This document shows positions 1 through 14,143 of a stretch of DNA of 64,000 nucleotides, piece by piece. The notes under the pieces are model-generated. The model saw nothing but the letters and a program-made list of their open reading frames with translations, had not been told where the DNA came from and ran no database searches. Positions within the stretch are counted from its first letter, which is position 1. Every line of letters starts with the position of its first letter. This DNA comes from Octopus vulgaris. Lineage: Eukaryota. The translations under genes were made by a program, and so were the position numbers. The stretch spans positions 32,798,001-32,862,000 of the forward strand of contig OX597836.1 in the NCBI GenBank assembly GCA_951406725.2, written 5' to 3'.

Positions 1-611
1 TGATGTTGATGAAGGTTTTGGCTGGTGTCATGGGGCTATAGAAAAAAAAAAAATCACTTGCCCAAGGTGCCAAGCAGCACAGGACTGAACCCAGAACCAT
101 GTAGTCGGGAAGCAAACTTCTTTACCACACAGCCATGCCCACGACTACATTTCATTTCCTCAGCAGCAATGGCATTGTAATGGAATGTATTGTAGATGTG
201 TAATCTATATCTCTTAGAGATATGACAATGGCAATAACTGGCAAGAACTACAACGCCACCATCATCATCATCATCGATATCATCACCACCACCGTCATCA
301 TAATCATTATTGTTGTTGTCATCGCCATCATTGTCACCCTCATCATCGTTCGCACTTGAAGTCGTTCGTTTCATTGAAGTCACATAAATGTAACTGTTTA
401 ATTATTCGCTTTGGCTTGCATTTTTGGGGCTTTTGTTTTCTTTAACAATATTTCCATTTAATAAACAGAATCCCTACAATGGAAATTATCTGGAAATAAT
501 TTCACAAGTAATTATAATGTTTAGAAAATATTTTCAAGAGGAAATTATCCATAATAACTGCCATAAAACAGTTTCTTTTTTTTTTCTTTTCTGGTGGTGT
601 TTTATCTCAAG

Positions 612-1325
612 ATGGTGAGCTGGCTGTATTGTTAACAATTAGCACATTGGACAAAATGTTAAACAGCATTTTTCTTTATGTTCAGAGTTCGACTTCTGCT
701 GAAGTTGATTTTGCCTCTCCTCCTTTCGGGGGTCAATGAAATAAGTACCAGTTATGCACTGGGATCGATGTGATCAGCTTTCCTCTCCACTCAGAAGCTG
801 CTGACGCTGGGCCAAAATTTGAAACTATTATCATTAGTTCAAACTCCACCGAGGTCGACTTTACCATTCATCCTTTCGGTGTCAATGAAATAAGGACTAT
901 TGAAATACTGGGGTCGAAGTAATCGACTCATCCCCTCCCCCCAAATCACTGACCTTCTAGCAAAATTTGAAACTATTATTATTAGTTCAAACTCCACCGA
1001 GGTAGGCTTTACCATTCATCCTTTCAGGGTTGATGAAGTAAGGACCACTGAAACACAGGCGTCGATGTAATCGACTCATCCCCTCACCGCAAATTGCTGA
1101 CCTTCTAGCAAAATTTGAAACTATTATCATTATCATTGGCAAGCTGGCAAAATCATTAGCATGCTGGACAAAATGCTTAGAGGTATTTTGCCATTGCTAT
1201 GTTCTGAATTCTAATTCCACCGAGGTCAACTTTGCCTCTCATCCTCTCGGGGTCACTAAATTAGTTGATGTGATCAACTACCCACCTCCTACAAATTTCA
1301 AGCCTTGTGCCTTTAGTAGAAAGGG
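612..1325 (+). mobile_element. Cluster of tRNA-headed SINEs (family B) with tandemly duplicated approximately 148-bp body
   Basis: gagctggcagaa..gttcaaat head and gcctttcatcctttcggggtc central domain; gaaactatta recurs at about 821, 969 and 1118. Other copies at 5447-5675, 5732-5945 and 22248-22460, and minus copies at 11735-11948, 36605-36810 and 51055-51298. Confidence 0.8.
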
Positions 1326-1344
1326 TTATTATTTTTATCATTAT

Positions 1345-1900
1345 TGAGTGAGAGAGCAGTGCATGCCATCAAAGTGACACTGGGGTAAAATATACAAAGC
1401 CCAGTATACCCATCATGACTACTCATCTGATAAGGGTACACCAGGCACATGCATCACAACCATATGTGCACGACATGGTGATCTCATATCAAGATAAATA
1501 GCACATGACCTTGTAGGTGGGGCCCAGTTAGAATTTTCTTCTGGTTGAGTAGCCCATCCCACTCAAAATGTCCCTGAATAAGGATTGTTTAAGGATGTTG
1601 AACAAACCACCCATGTTTCCAAAGGTGAATTATCCAAACCTCCAAGAATTCCTCTCAACACACGGCTATGATGCTCTCCCACTACTTCTGCTAGTAGTCA
1701 GAGATGCACATATCGTCAGCCTCTAAGGGACATGCTCAAGTGGTTAAGGTCAAACAACTGACAAGCAAATCTGTGGTATTGAGCAGAATATTTGCTGTAG
1801 CCCATCTTTTATACCAAGACAAAACAATGTACATGATAACACTTCCAATCAGTTAAGATCAGCAGCCATGGGAGCCACTGTCTGGTACTGCATCAGGGCA
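1345..1900. repeat. Interspersed repeat in (TTA)n; partial second copy at 61801-62031
   Basis: 1669-1900 aligns closely with 61801-62031. Confidence 0.8.
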
Positions 1901-3474
1901 TTATTATTATTATTATTATTATTATGCAGTGAACTAGCAGTTATTAACATATTGAACAAGCAAAATGCTTAGCAGCTTTTCTTGTGGCTTTTTCCATTCT
2001 GAGTTCAAATCCTGCCAAAGTTGACTTCACCTTCCATCCCTTCAGGATTAGTGCAATAAAGTATCAGTGAATCACCGGTGGTTGGGGTGTCGATGTAATT
2101 AATTTGTCCCCTCCTCTTGGTACTGCCAGTCTTGAACCCTGCAATTGATTGCCATCCTATGAAATGGAAATGCTGTGACCTTGGCTTTTTATACACCTTT
2201 GAAACTGCATAACCAGTCTTATGAGCTCTTGGGATCAAGAAAAATAACAGGAAAAAAAGTACTTACCTACCTCAGGGCCATTTTTTTACCACTCAAATCA
2301 ACACGCCAAGTCAGCGAGCTGGCAGAATCGTTAACTCATCAGACAAAATGTTTAGAGGCATCTCTTTAATCTTTTTTACATTCTGAGTTCAAATCCCACC
2401 AGGATCAATTTTGATTTTCATTTGTTTGAGATTAATAAAATAGAGTAGCAGTCAAGTCTAGCATCTGCAATCCATCTTGTGAGACCATCAAGACAAGGCA
2501 CCACCAATGGCTCGATGAGCACTGAGCTTTCAGTGTGGCATGCTGCAACTGCTGTTACATCACCTCCAGCACCCAGCTCATCAGTTCCTTGTCTAACCTG
2601 AGGAAAAGAAGTCTGCTGCTCAGCTTTTGGTCTCCACTCACATCAACATGTTCCCCAACTGTGTTTCGTGCCAATTTGGAGGGATGCCATCATCCTCAGA
2701 GCTGAGGGAGCTCCAGGCAAATAAGCATTCCGGTCCTCGGTTCAATGTAATTGTCTTGTCCCCTCCCCTCAAAATCGATGGCCTTGGACCCTGTGAGGGA
2801 CCAGCATCACATTCAGGGGATATGTTGCGATCCCAGTCATTTGTAAACCACAGGAACTTGGTAACTGGCCCTACAAGTCCAAGGGCTCAAGGAAAATAAA
2901 AATAAATTATAAATAAAACCCCTTTCTACTATAAGCACAAGGAATGAAATTTTTGCAGGAAGGAGTAGTCCCAGGACATAACTGGTACTTGTTTTATTGA
3001 TTCCAAAAGGATAAAAGGCAAGGTTGAACTCAGAATGTAAAACCAGAAGAAATGCCACTAAGCAGGTATGGCTGCATGGTAAGAAGCTTGCTTCCCAACC
3101 ACGTGGTTCTGGGTTCAGTCCCACTGCATGGCACCTTCGGCAAGTGTCTTCTACAATAGCCTTGGACCAACCAAACCTTTGTGAGTGGATTTGGTAGACA
3201 GAAGCTGAAAAGAAGGCCATCATATACATGTGTGTGTGTGTATTTGTGTGTCTGTGTTTGTTCCCCGACCGTTACTTGACAACCACAGTTGGTATATTTA
3301 CGTCCCCCATCACTTAGCAGTTCGGCAAAAAGTGACTGATAGAATGAGTATTAACCTTACAAAGAACAAGTCCTGGGGTGGAATTATTCGACTAAAGGTG
3401 GTGCTTCAGCATGGCCACAGTCAAATGACTGAAACAAGTAAAAGAATGAAAGAATATATAATAAATCTCTGAGC

Positions 3475-3645
3475 GCAGTATAAACAGTAGCTGCATGACA
3501 TTACGAAGTATATTTGCCACTTACTGATAGGGTGCAGAAAGTGTGTCAATAGCCAGCTGGAGGAGATGTCTTCCTGGGGCTACAAGCTACAGCAACATCA
3601 ACCCTTAAGGGATAGCCACATTTAAGTGGCAAATAGACTTCACAA
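3475..3645. repeat. Diverged relative of the 9937-10379 foldback element
   Basis: Shares gtgtca..tagccagctggag..gatgtct(t)cctggggcta..tacagcaacat; has its own short IR gaagtatatttgccactta/taagtggcaaatagacttc. Confidence 0.6.
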
Positions 3646-4151
3646 TATATATATGTGTATATGTTTGTGTGTTTATGCTTGTTCTCCCCACCATCACTTG
3701 ACAACCGATGTTGATGTGTTTACATACCCGTCACTTAGTGCTTCGGCAAAAAGAGACCGATAGAATAAGTACTAGGCTTACAAAGAATAAGTCCTGGAGT
3801 TGATTTGTTCAACAGCATGGCCGCAGTCAAATGACTGAAACAAGTGAAAAAATACAAGAATAAATAAATGAAATAAGAAAAATAAAAAAAACGAAATAAA
3901 CAACATAAACAGCTCAACATAACTCAACATGACTTAGTTGAAATATTGAAATAAGCGCTTGTTTAAAAAGAGTTCTGTAAAAGTCCTAAAATAACATGGA
4001 ATTCATTCCATGCCATAAAACCTTCTGTGTACTAATTCTCATCGAAAGACAACAGTCCTAATTATGCAATATTTACTTCTGAATGAAGGTCTATCGTTGA
4101 TTTTGAAGGATGGAAAAGTTAGGGTTTTGCTGGTGGTGAATTCTAGTATAA

Positions 4152-4279
<128 letters not shown>

Positions 4280-4517
4280 ATATATATATTGGCTGGTTTG
4301 GGAGGGTTTTTTTTTTATTAAAGAGATGGAAAGAAAATTAAAAAAAGAAAAGGAAAGCAATTATAAAATGAAACCAAAATGTAGAAATGTCTTATCTTTA
4401 TAAAAAAAACATTTGTGATAAGATAAACTTTTCGGTAGCATTTGAAACATAGCATTTCTTGTCTGGACGTAGTCAACAATGAAGTGTGTAATTTAAAGAC
4501 TTGACTTCAGATGTGTA

Positions 4518-4582
<65 letters not shown>

Positions 4583-4639
4583 GTAAAATATATGACCAAA
4601 TATGTGTGCGTGTAATTTTTTTATATATATATATATATA

Positions 4640-4706
<67 letters not shown>

Positions 4707-4709
4707 ATG

Positions 4710-4810
<101 letters not shown>

Positions 4811-4907
4811 CACATATATGTATACACACTGTGTCATATATATATATATCATATATAGGTAGATAGATATATACATACATATATCTATATATATATGTAT
4901 TCATTTG

Positions 4908-4939
<32 letters not shown>

Positions 4940-5397
4940 TGTATGTGTAGATATTTATCTATCTATCTACATCTAGCATTCCGTCTATCTAACTATGCCT
5001 CTTTCTCTCTCAAACACACACACTCTCTCTCTCTCTGTCTCTCTCTCTCTCTATATATATATATACATATGATGAGGAATGATATATTTTCCAAATCATA
5101 GATGCATGTGCTAAAATACAGTGACAAGCAGTGATAAGCAAATTTTAAGAGACAATGAAAGTTTCTATTTTAAATCTTTATCATTATTATCAGTTAATAG
5201 GTTTACACACACATGCAAATATGTGAACACGCACACACACAATACACACACATGCACACATCGCACACACACACAGATATGCATGCTTGGGTTGAAAGGT
5301 GGGTCATAATGAACTTGCTCATTTGTTTTTCTTCTGTCTTTAGCAGAGCCTTCTGTTGATTTTACATCACTCCAATGAATGCTGCTTCACAATATTC

Positions 5398-5436
<39 letters not shown>

Positions 5437-5686
5437 GTTACCATTAAGGCGGTGAAAATTGGCAGGCTGGCAGAACCATTGACATGCTGGGCAAAATGCT
5501 TAGCAGCGTTTCATCTGTCTTTATATTCTGAGTTCAAATTCCACCGAAATCGACTTTGCTTTTCATCCTTTCGGGGTCGATAAATTAAGTACCAGTCAAG
5601 TACTGGTGTCAATGTAATCGACTAGTCTCCTCCCCACCCCAGAATTTCCGGCCTTGTGTCTTTAGTAGAAAGGATTATTATTCTTA

Positions 5687-5717
<31 letters not shown>

Positions 5718-5965
5718 GATTAATATTATTTAAGGTGGTGAGCTAGCAGAATCATTAGCATGCTTAGCGAAATGCCTGGCAGTATTTCATCTGCCATTAC
5801 ATTCTCAGTTCAAATTCTGCTGAGGTCAGCTTTGCCTTTTACCCTTACAAGGTCAATTAAATATGTACCAGTTACACTCTGGGGTCAATGTAATCAACTG
5901 GCCCCCTCCCCACCAAATTGGAGGCCTTGTGCCTCCTGTAGAAAGGATTATTATTATTATTATTA

Positions 5966-6009
<44 letters not shown>

Positions 6010-6612
6010 GATGTTGCACAGTAATACAACATCGTGAGGTTGTTGATTGAAGATATTGTGTCTACCGGGGGTTGTACTGTCCATCAAGTCACAACAAGGA
6101 CCTCAAACAGACAGTACTTTACGCAATGTGTGCAGTTCCAAGTAATGCCAACTTTTGCAATACATCTAGATAATAGGGTATTTCTAAGGTTTTCAGATGT
6201 TTTTTTTGGCTTGGATGGTATTGAACCCAATGCTCCGATGACAATAGGGATAATATTTATGTTTGACTCTCGTAGTTGCCACATCTTAGCGATCTCAGTT
6301 CTCAGGTCTCCATATTTATCAACCTTTTCTTCTTCTTTCATGATGATATGTTGATCTCCTGGCACTGATACATCAATTATTAGGCACTCTTGTTCGTCTT
6401 ACCTAAAGGTTACTATATCCAGCCTTCGGTGCTCTAACACCCTGTCTGTCTGGAAATGAAAGTCCCAGAGGATGTTTACCCTCCCCTTTTCATCCATTAC
6501 CTTTTCCAGTGTATGTTGGTACTAAGCACCCGTAACCTTATATCCATACATACAGCATAGTAGCCAGTGGAGGTTTTGGGCTACCTTGTTGCATCTACAC
6601 TTGTACTCTTTC
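6010..6612 (-). mobile_element. 5'-truncated R4/Dong-like non-LTR retrotransposon (restriction-like endonuclease domain)
   Basis: KEYKCRCNKVAQNLHW...ILWDFHFQTDRVLEHRRLDIV...IIDVSVPGDQHIIMKEEEKVDKYGDL...PIVIGALG with stops; flanked by (TTA)n on both sides. Confidence 0.85.
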
Positions 6613-7354
6613 TATTATTATTATTATTATTATAAGCTCAACAGACAAAATTTATAGCAGTTTGTCTACTGGCTTTACATTTTGAGTTAAAACTCTGCCG
6701 AGGTCAACCTTGCCCTTTATCTTTTCAGGGTCAGTAAAGTAAGTTTCGGTTGAGCACTGGAGTTGATGTAATTGACTTATCCGTTCCCAGAAAATTTCAG
6801 GTCTTGAGAGAGCTTATCATAGAAAGAATTATTACTAATAATCTTCTTCAAATCACTCACCATACCATTTTTAAATAAAAATTACATTGGCTATATGGTT
6901 CTGGGTCCACTGTCGCAATGAAAAAGACTGGATAGTCATGGGTGGAATGCTTTTAACAATAAATCTGCTTCATCAGAGCTCACATCGGTAGAAATAAATA
7001 AAAACGTCAGAGACCAGAACAAACACAATACTCTAATAGCCTCTAATAACCCTTGGAGCTGCTGGTTTTGTGCCACCTCAATTAAGGTACACTTTACACA
7101 CTTAACTCTCTTCCTCTCTTCATTTGTGTTATGTCCAAAACCTCTTAGGCCCTACACTGACCACAACATCCTGTTCTTCCTTCTTCAGAATGTCATCTCT
7201 CTCCTCTCTCTCTCCCTCTCCCTCTCTCTCCCCCTCTCTCTCTCTCCCCTCTCTCTCTCCCTTTCTGTAATACCCCCACCTCCTGCTCATGTCTTTTCTG
7301 CAACAGATGACTTCCGACAGTTTGAGTAAAATTAATTTTACTGATTTTAGAAAG

Positions 7355-7790
7355 CTTAACCCTTTTACTGTAGAAATCAGATATAAGCACTCAAAATTTC
7401 ATTAGCCTTAACTGCAGAAAGCAGTTTTATATACCAATCTATCTTTTGTTCAAGAATGCCATGTCTAAAACTAATTCTTATTGAGATATGTTAACTTTAT
7501 TGACACAACGTGACTTACAGAAAATACCAATTCTATTTCTTTGGTAGATGTTTAACATCATTCCTGTAATAACCATGTAATTTAATTTTGCAGTTAAAGA
7601 GTTAAGGACGTGACTGTCCTACTTTTCCTCCAGACACACTGAATTCAGGACTGCGTTATCCAATGTCTCCTACTTTTATTTTAACCCTTTTACTTCGGAA
7701 ATCAAATTTATCCACATCAAAAATTTTCATTACTCTCAACTGCAGAAAGTCGTTTTATATACCAAACTAGTTTTTTTTAGAGGAATGTCA
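7355..7790. repeat. Reverse-oriented copy of the same MITE plus spacer tandem unit
   Basis: ttaacccttttact..gaaatcaga at 7356 and 7681; the spacer is the reverse complement of the 61410-61480 spacer. Confidence 0.7.
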
Positions 7791-7897
7791 TGTTTGTCCC
7801 CTCTCTATGTTTAGCCCCTTGTGGGCAATAAAGAAATAAGAAAATACAGGAGAATCATTTAATTATGATTTTATTCAACATATTCCCCTCACCATTG

Positions 7898-7958
<61 letters not shown>

Positions 7959-7975
7959 TATAATCATGATTGTTG

Positions 7976-8024
<49 letters not shown>

Positions 8025-8177
8025 TATAATCATGATTATTGTCATTATCATCATCATCATCATCATCATCGTTATTTTGTGACCATCATTATCATCGTCA
8101 TAATCATTGTCATTGTTATCATTATCATCATTGTCATCATCATCATCATCATTGTCTTCATCTGTGTCTTGCATCTA

Positions 8178-8221
<44 letters not shown>

Positions 8222-8634
8222 CATATGTGTGTGTATGTATGTTTATTCATGCATTAGGTGAACAGAGATTACATTTCCAAACCACAATTTCATTCATTTG
8301 GTCCTTCACTCCACTGTACACAATCAGAAGTAATTATCATTTATGATGAATATTACAATTGCTATGGCTTCAAATTATCATTTGACTGTTGAGGTCAATG
8401 GTCATCTACCACACATCAACACAACCCTCTTTAAAATTCCTGAGAAAGAATTTCATATATATAGGTGGATGAAAATTAGCTTGTTTCCATTGTTTACTAC
8501 AGTGTTGGGCCAAAATCTTGTGGCTTTGAAATCTTGAGCAGTGTGATTGCTTGTTTTTAGAATGACATTGTAGGGTAGGTATGAAAGGCTGGATCTGTCG
8601 AGTCTTGACATTGTCAGTTTAAATATTAAGGGTT

Positions 8635-9279
8635 TAGTGCGTCCTTTTGGGGGACGACTAAAATATGTTAAATGGTTAATTCGTTAGCAACGAATAACTA
8701 CGATGAAACACAGAGTTCACAGTGTCTTCAACAAAGAATTTATTGTAACACAGGGAAAATGTACACATACAAATGGAAGTTCAATTCAGACGTGTTCATG
8801 CAAGTGGAAACTCAATTCAAACTAATGTGTTCATGCCAAGAACAATTGAGTGCTGGTTGCAATTCACTTAAGAATTTGTTGAGTGCGTGTTGCCAGACTT
8901 CAGGTCAACATAACAAATTGACACTAGAATAAGTCAAAGGAAAGTGCTTATCTAACGATAAACTTGTATTGTCTGCCACTGGTGCGTAATGTGAGATCAA
9001 GAGAGAGTTTCAAGTCCCAAAGGAATTAGTTTAGCAAGGCTCAGCTGCAAGCATAGATCAACCAAAGAAGAAACGTTCTGCATGAGTCGACGTGTGTATG
9101 TGTAGAGAGCAAAGATGTGACTGATTGAACATGGAGATGACTGTCTTTTATAGCTATGCTGTTCAGCGCCACCTAGTTGCCAACTACGTGCAAGGGGAGA
9201 TAATTCAGGGTAATTCCCTTTTTTAAAGTAAATAAACCTTACCATGTTGATGACATCAGTGTTCACACAGGCCTACGTG
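8635..9279 (-). mobile_element. Possible solo LTR or promoter-bearing repeat
   Basis: Higher-complexity block with minus-strand TATAAAA (about 9146-9152), downstream AATAAA (about 8739-8744) and CTCF-like cagcgccacctagt (9164-9177); gggtt on both sides; TG..CA ends not clean. Confidence 0.35.
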
Positions 9280-9365
9280 GGGTTAAAAGGAATTTTCCCA
9301 GATGGCAAACTGCAGCTTCTGGAATTTAAGCAGCACACATATGTTAAGTATGTGGTACTGGGAGT

Positions 9366-9718
9366 GAAGGCGTGTGGCTCAGTGGTTAGAGCGTCGAGCT
9401 TACGATCGTGAGGTTGTGAGCTCGAATCCCGGACCGGGCTGCATGTTGTGTTCTTGAGCAAGACACTTTATTTCATGTTGCTCCAGTTCACTTAGCTGTA
9501 GAAATGAGTTGCGACGTCACAGGTGCCAAGCTGTATCGGCCCTTGCCTTTCCCTTGGACAACATCGGTGACATGGAGAGAGGAGGCCGGTATGCATGGAC
9601 GACTGCTGGTCTTCCATAAAAAAACAAATAAAAAAACAACCTTGCCCAGACTTGTGCCTCAGAGGGTAACTCTCTAGGTGCAAACCCATGGTCAGTGTCT
9701 GACCAAAGGGGGTCACCA
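9366..9718 (+). mobile_element. tRNA-derived SINE family C (second copy 34698-35030)
   Basis: tggctcagtggttagagcg A box, gctcgaatccc B box, gtgttcttgagcaagacact CORE-like domain. Confidence 0.8.
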
Positions 9719-9936
9719 CTGGGAATGTATACTTGTCTTTTAGCTTTTCATTGTTTTGGTCATTGGAGTGTGACCATGCTGGAGCACCGAAGTAAAGAAT
9801 TTTAGTCAAACAAATTGACTCCATTATTTGTTTTGTTTTTTTAAGCCTAGTGCTTATTCTAATGATCTCTCGCCAAACCATTGAGTTATGTGGATGTAAA
9901 CAAAAACCAGCACCAATAGTCAAACATTGAGGTGGT

Positions 9937-10379
9937 GTAGTAAAGATTGTTTGCCAACATAACATGGCAGTCCTGGTTTAGGACGAATGTTGCTGTAATT
10001 TAGCCCCAGGAGACATCATCTCCAGCTGGCTATATGACACGATCTGTGTCCTTATATTTTCAAACAAAGGCATTTAGCACCCCCACCCAGCTCAAAGCAA
10101 TATCTGTGTATCATGGTTTCTGGGTTATTTCTGTTCATCAGAAATCGCGATACACAGATATTGCTTTGAGCTGGGTGGGGGTGCTAGATTCCCTTGTTTG
10201 AAAATATAAGGACACAGATCGTGTCATATAGCCAGCTGGAGACGATGTCTCCTGGGGCTAAATTACAGCAACATTAGTCCTAAACCAGGACTGCCATGTT
10301 ATGTTGGCAAACAATCTTTACTACAAAGTACTGTCGCTGAATATCTCACGTTGTGAGATTTAAAAGTAGTAATTTTCTA
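9937..10379. mobile_element. Foldback insertion with about 186-bp arms, 54-bp tail and 11-bp TSD, inside a SINE
   Basis: 9936-10122 is a near-perfect reverse complement of 10139-10325; direct repeat attgaggtggt at 9926-9936 and 10380-10390. Confidence 0.85.
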
Positions 10380-10721
10380 ATTGAGGTGGTGGGTGGTGAA
10401 GAGGGTAAAGGGAGACAAAGACACACATACATGGATATATATATATATACACATACAAATACAGTTCCTAGATTTGTGTAAAAGAAAATAAAGGAGCATC
10501 AGTTAATTATGATTTTATTCAACATATTCCAATCTCAGATTCACACACTTATTGCAGCAGTCCTTAAGTTTTACTAAACCCTGTAAAAGAAATTAGAAGG
10601 TAGGGCTTCCAATCAGGCCTTTTGTGATACCTTTAAAGCAAGAAACTTTTCAGTACCTCCTTGTACTATCCTAGTCACCACAAACCACCATTATAGTCTC
10701 CTTGCCAATACAGACCACCAC

Positions 10722-10940
10722 TACAAGGGTGGGGCTGAAAAGTTCCTGGTTTTGGGTAAAAGAAAACATAAGAGGATCAGTCAATTATGATTTTATTCAA
10801 TATAATCCCCTCTCAGATTCACACATTTGCAGTGGTCCTTCAGTTTTTCTAAATCCTGTAAAAGAAGTTAGAAGGTTGGGCCTCCAGCCAGGCTTTTCAC
10901 AATACCCTTACACCCCGGAACTTTTCAGCACTCCCTTGTA
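10722..10940. mobile_element. Tc1/mariner-type MITE (second decayed copy about 10460-10665; fragment 7840-7890)
   Basis: TA-caagggtggggctgaaaagttcc ... ggaacttttcagcactcccttg-TA. Confidence 0.75.
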
Positions 10941-11575
10941 TACATATTATTTTATACATATACATATATGTATGAAATTAATATAAACAGCAGTGTATAC
11001 ACATATATATATATAATGTACAATATATGGATTTAGCTAATTCGATGGTACTCATAAAAAAACAATATATATATATATATGTATGTATGTATGTATATAT
11101 ATGCCATGAGCTTCTTTCAATTTCCATTGACCAAATCCACTCACAAAGCTTTGTTCAGCCCAAAACTATACAAGATGACATTCTCCCTAGGTGCCATGCA
11201 ATGTGACTGAACCCAGAACCATATGCTTGGGAAGCAAGCTTCTTACCACACACCCATGCCTGCGCAAAGCCTAAAGTATCTTTTCAAACTGACTCATAAA
11301 AACTGTTCTAAGCCATTGAACAATTTGTCACAGACAAAATAGTCACCAGACAATGTGTCTCTCTCTGTCTTTCTGCAAAGTAAAACAAACTACCAGTGTT
11401 AACTAATCAGGGGTCCGTGTTAGCATTAACAATAAAAATGAAGAATTAATAAATAAGAAGTAGGAAAAAAAGGAGGTAATAAAATTTGTAAAATAATTCA
11501 TTTTGTGTAGGAGTCTGAGGTGAGGTGGATTCCCAATTTTTTTTTTCCAACAAAGGGTTCTGCTTAAAACATCAA

Positions 11576-11607
<32 letters not shown>

Positions 11608-11626
11608 CACCACCACCACCACCACC

Positions 11627-11681
<55 letters not shown>

Positions 11682-12266
11682 TTACTACTACTACCGCTGC
11701 TGCTGCTACTACTACTAATACTAATAATAATAATCTTTTCTACTCTAGGCACAAGGCCTGAAATTTTGGGGGAGGGGGCCAGTCAATTAGATTGATCTCA
11801 GTATACAACTGGTACTTAAGTTATCAATCCCAAAAGGATGAAAGGCAAAGTCGACCTCAGTGAAATATGAACTCAGAAAATAAAGACAGACGAAATACCA
11901 CTAAGCATTTCGCCCAGTGTGCCAACATTTCTTCCAGCTCGCTGCCTTACTAATAATAATAATGATAATAATAATAATACCATTACCACCATCACCACCA
12001 CTACTATTACTACTAACTGCTACTACAACTATACTACTAATACTATCACCACCATCACAGCTGGTGCTGCTGCTGCTAATACTGATTCTACTACCACCAC
12101 TACTGCTATGAATTATAACTCTTGCAACTACAGCTGCTGCTACTACTACTGCTACTACCATCACCTATACAACCAACACCACCATTCTCATCACCACCAC
12201 ACCACAACCACCACCAAAACAACAACTACCTCTACCACCACCACCACCACCACCACCACCACCACA

Positions 12267-12332
<66 letters not shown>

Positions 12333-13253
12333 GTTGACATTGCTGCAACACCTGATGCTATTAGTCTTGTAATGCATAATAAGTCACTGATTTCCTTCTG
12401 TTTTCCTTTGTTAGTGGATATTTTACCCGAAATATGAACACTTATGAAATTTTGCATACTTTAGCACCCTAAAAAGCTTTCCATCAAACTGTATTTTCTT
12501 CTCCCATAACACTGAATTGTGACATGCCTCAGTCACTGGACTATGGCCATGCTGGAGGACCACCTCAAAGGGTTTTAGTCAAATGAATTGAACCTAGTAC
12601 TTCTTTCTTTTTAAGAAAAACCTGATACTTATTTTATCAGTTTCATTTGCCAGACTGCTACATTGTTGGGATGTAAACAGACCAACACTGGTTATCAAGT
12701 GGTGGTGAGGTGAGGGTAACAAACACAAATACAGATATGCACACACTGTGTATGTCTGCCTGCCAAATTCACTCACGTGGCTTTGGTCAGTTTGGGGCTT
12801 TTATAGAAGAGACTAGCACAAAGTGGCATACAGTGATACTGAACCAGAAACCACAGGGCCAGGAAGTGAGCTTCTTACCCACACAGCCATGCTTGAGCCT
12901 ATCATCATCATCATCATCATCGTTCAACGTCTGCTTTCCATGCTAGCATGGGTTGGACGATTTGACTAGGACTGGCGAACCAGATGGCTGCACCAGGCTC
13001 CAATCTTGATTTGGCAGAGTTTCTACAGCTGGATGCCCTTCCTAATGCCAACCGCTCTGAGAGTGTAGTGGGTGCTTTTACGTGCCACCAGCACGAGGGC
13101 CAGTCAGGTGGTACTGGCAACAGTCCCAGAAATCATGTTTTTCTTTTTTTTCTTTTACAAATTTACTCGACTTACTTCTCGGCCAAACCCCAGCTGGTCA
13201 CAAAGTGCTATTTGCTATTCAAAGCTAGACAATATTCTCATGATGGAGCCAGC

Positions 13254-13312
<59 letters not shown>

Positions 13313-13394
13313 ATTATTATAAAAAACTAGATATAGGAATGCTTTCTGTGTATCTGCCTTATGATTTGGTCTGCTTCTTTTGTTGTTGTTGTTG

Positions 13395-13451
<57 letters not shown>

Positions 13452-13998
13452 TTATTTTTCTGCAAATGAACTATTAGTTGCCATTCATCAAAAAGTGCTG
13501 GCATCTCCAGGATGCTGCAAACATGGAAATTGTTATTAGTACATTTTTCATTGCCCTTGCCACAACCAATACATCATGCATAAAAGCCACGCGGTTCCAT
13601 TATACGCAAGAAGGAGAAAGCGAAGACCGATTCTAAATTGCCTATGAAAAGTATACTACCTTTATCTAGAGATAATGACAAGGTGAAGAACTAATAATAA
13701 TATTCATAATAATAATAATAATAATAATATTAATAATGATAATCCATAATTATGATGATGGTGTTGGAGGTGGTGGTGGTGGGGAGGGGTGATGGTGTTG
13801 GTGGGGATTGCGATTCAAAGTACTTCATCTTTGTCATGTGCCAACAAGAATTATGGGAAATTAAATGATTGGTTAGAGTTTAAATGAAACCAAGGAGCAA
13901 CAGCAACCAAAAATAATCTCCTTTTATTTAAACCCATAATTTTTTTTTTCAACTGAAATTAAGTTACACACAAATTCTTTAATTAAGATATATATATA

Positions 13999-14040
<42 letters not shown>

Positions 14041-14065
14041 TGTGTGTTTGTATACATACATATTT

Positions 14066-14096
<31 letters not shown>

Positions 14097-14109
14097 TACG
14101 ATGATGATG

Positions 14110-14143
<34 letters not shown>

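Noticed and set aside
6930-6985. Minus-strand CTGATGAAG
   Set aside because: Part of a decayed dispersed repeat; no GAAA or stem III arrangement.
9366-9440. tRNA-like sequences with A and B boxes (also 19742, 54726)
   Set aside because: They continue into multicopy SINE bodies and lack a closed cloverleaf, so they are not tRNA genes.
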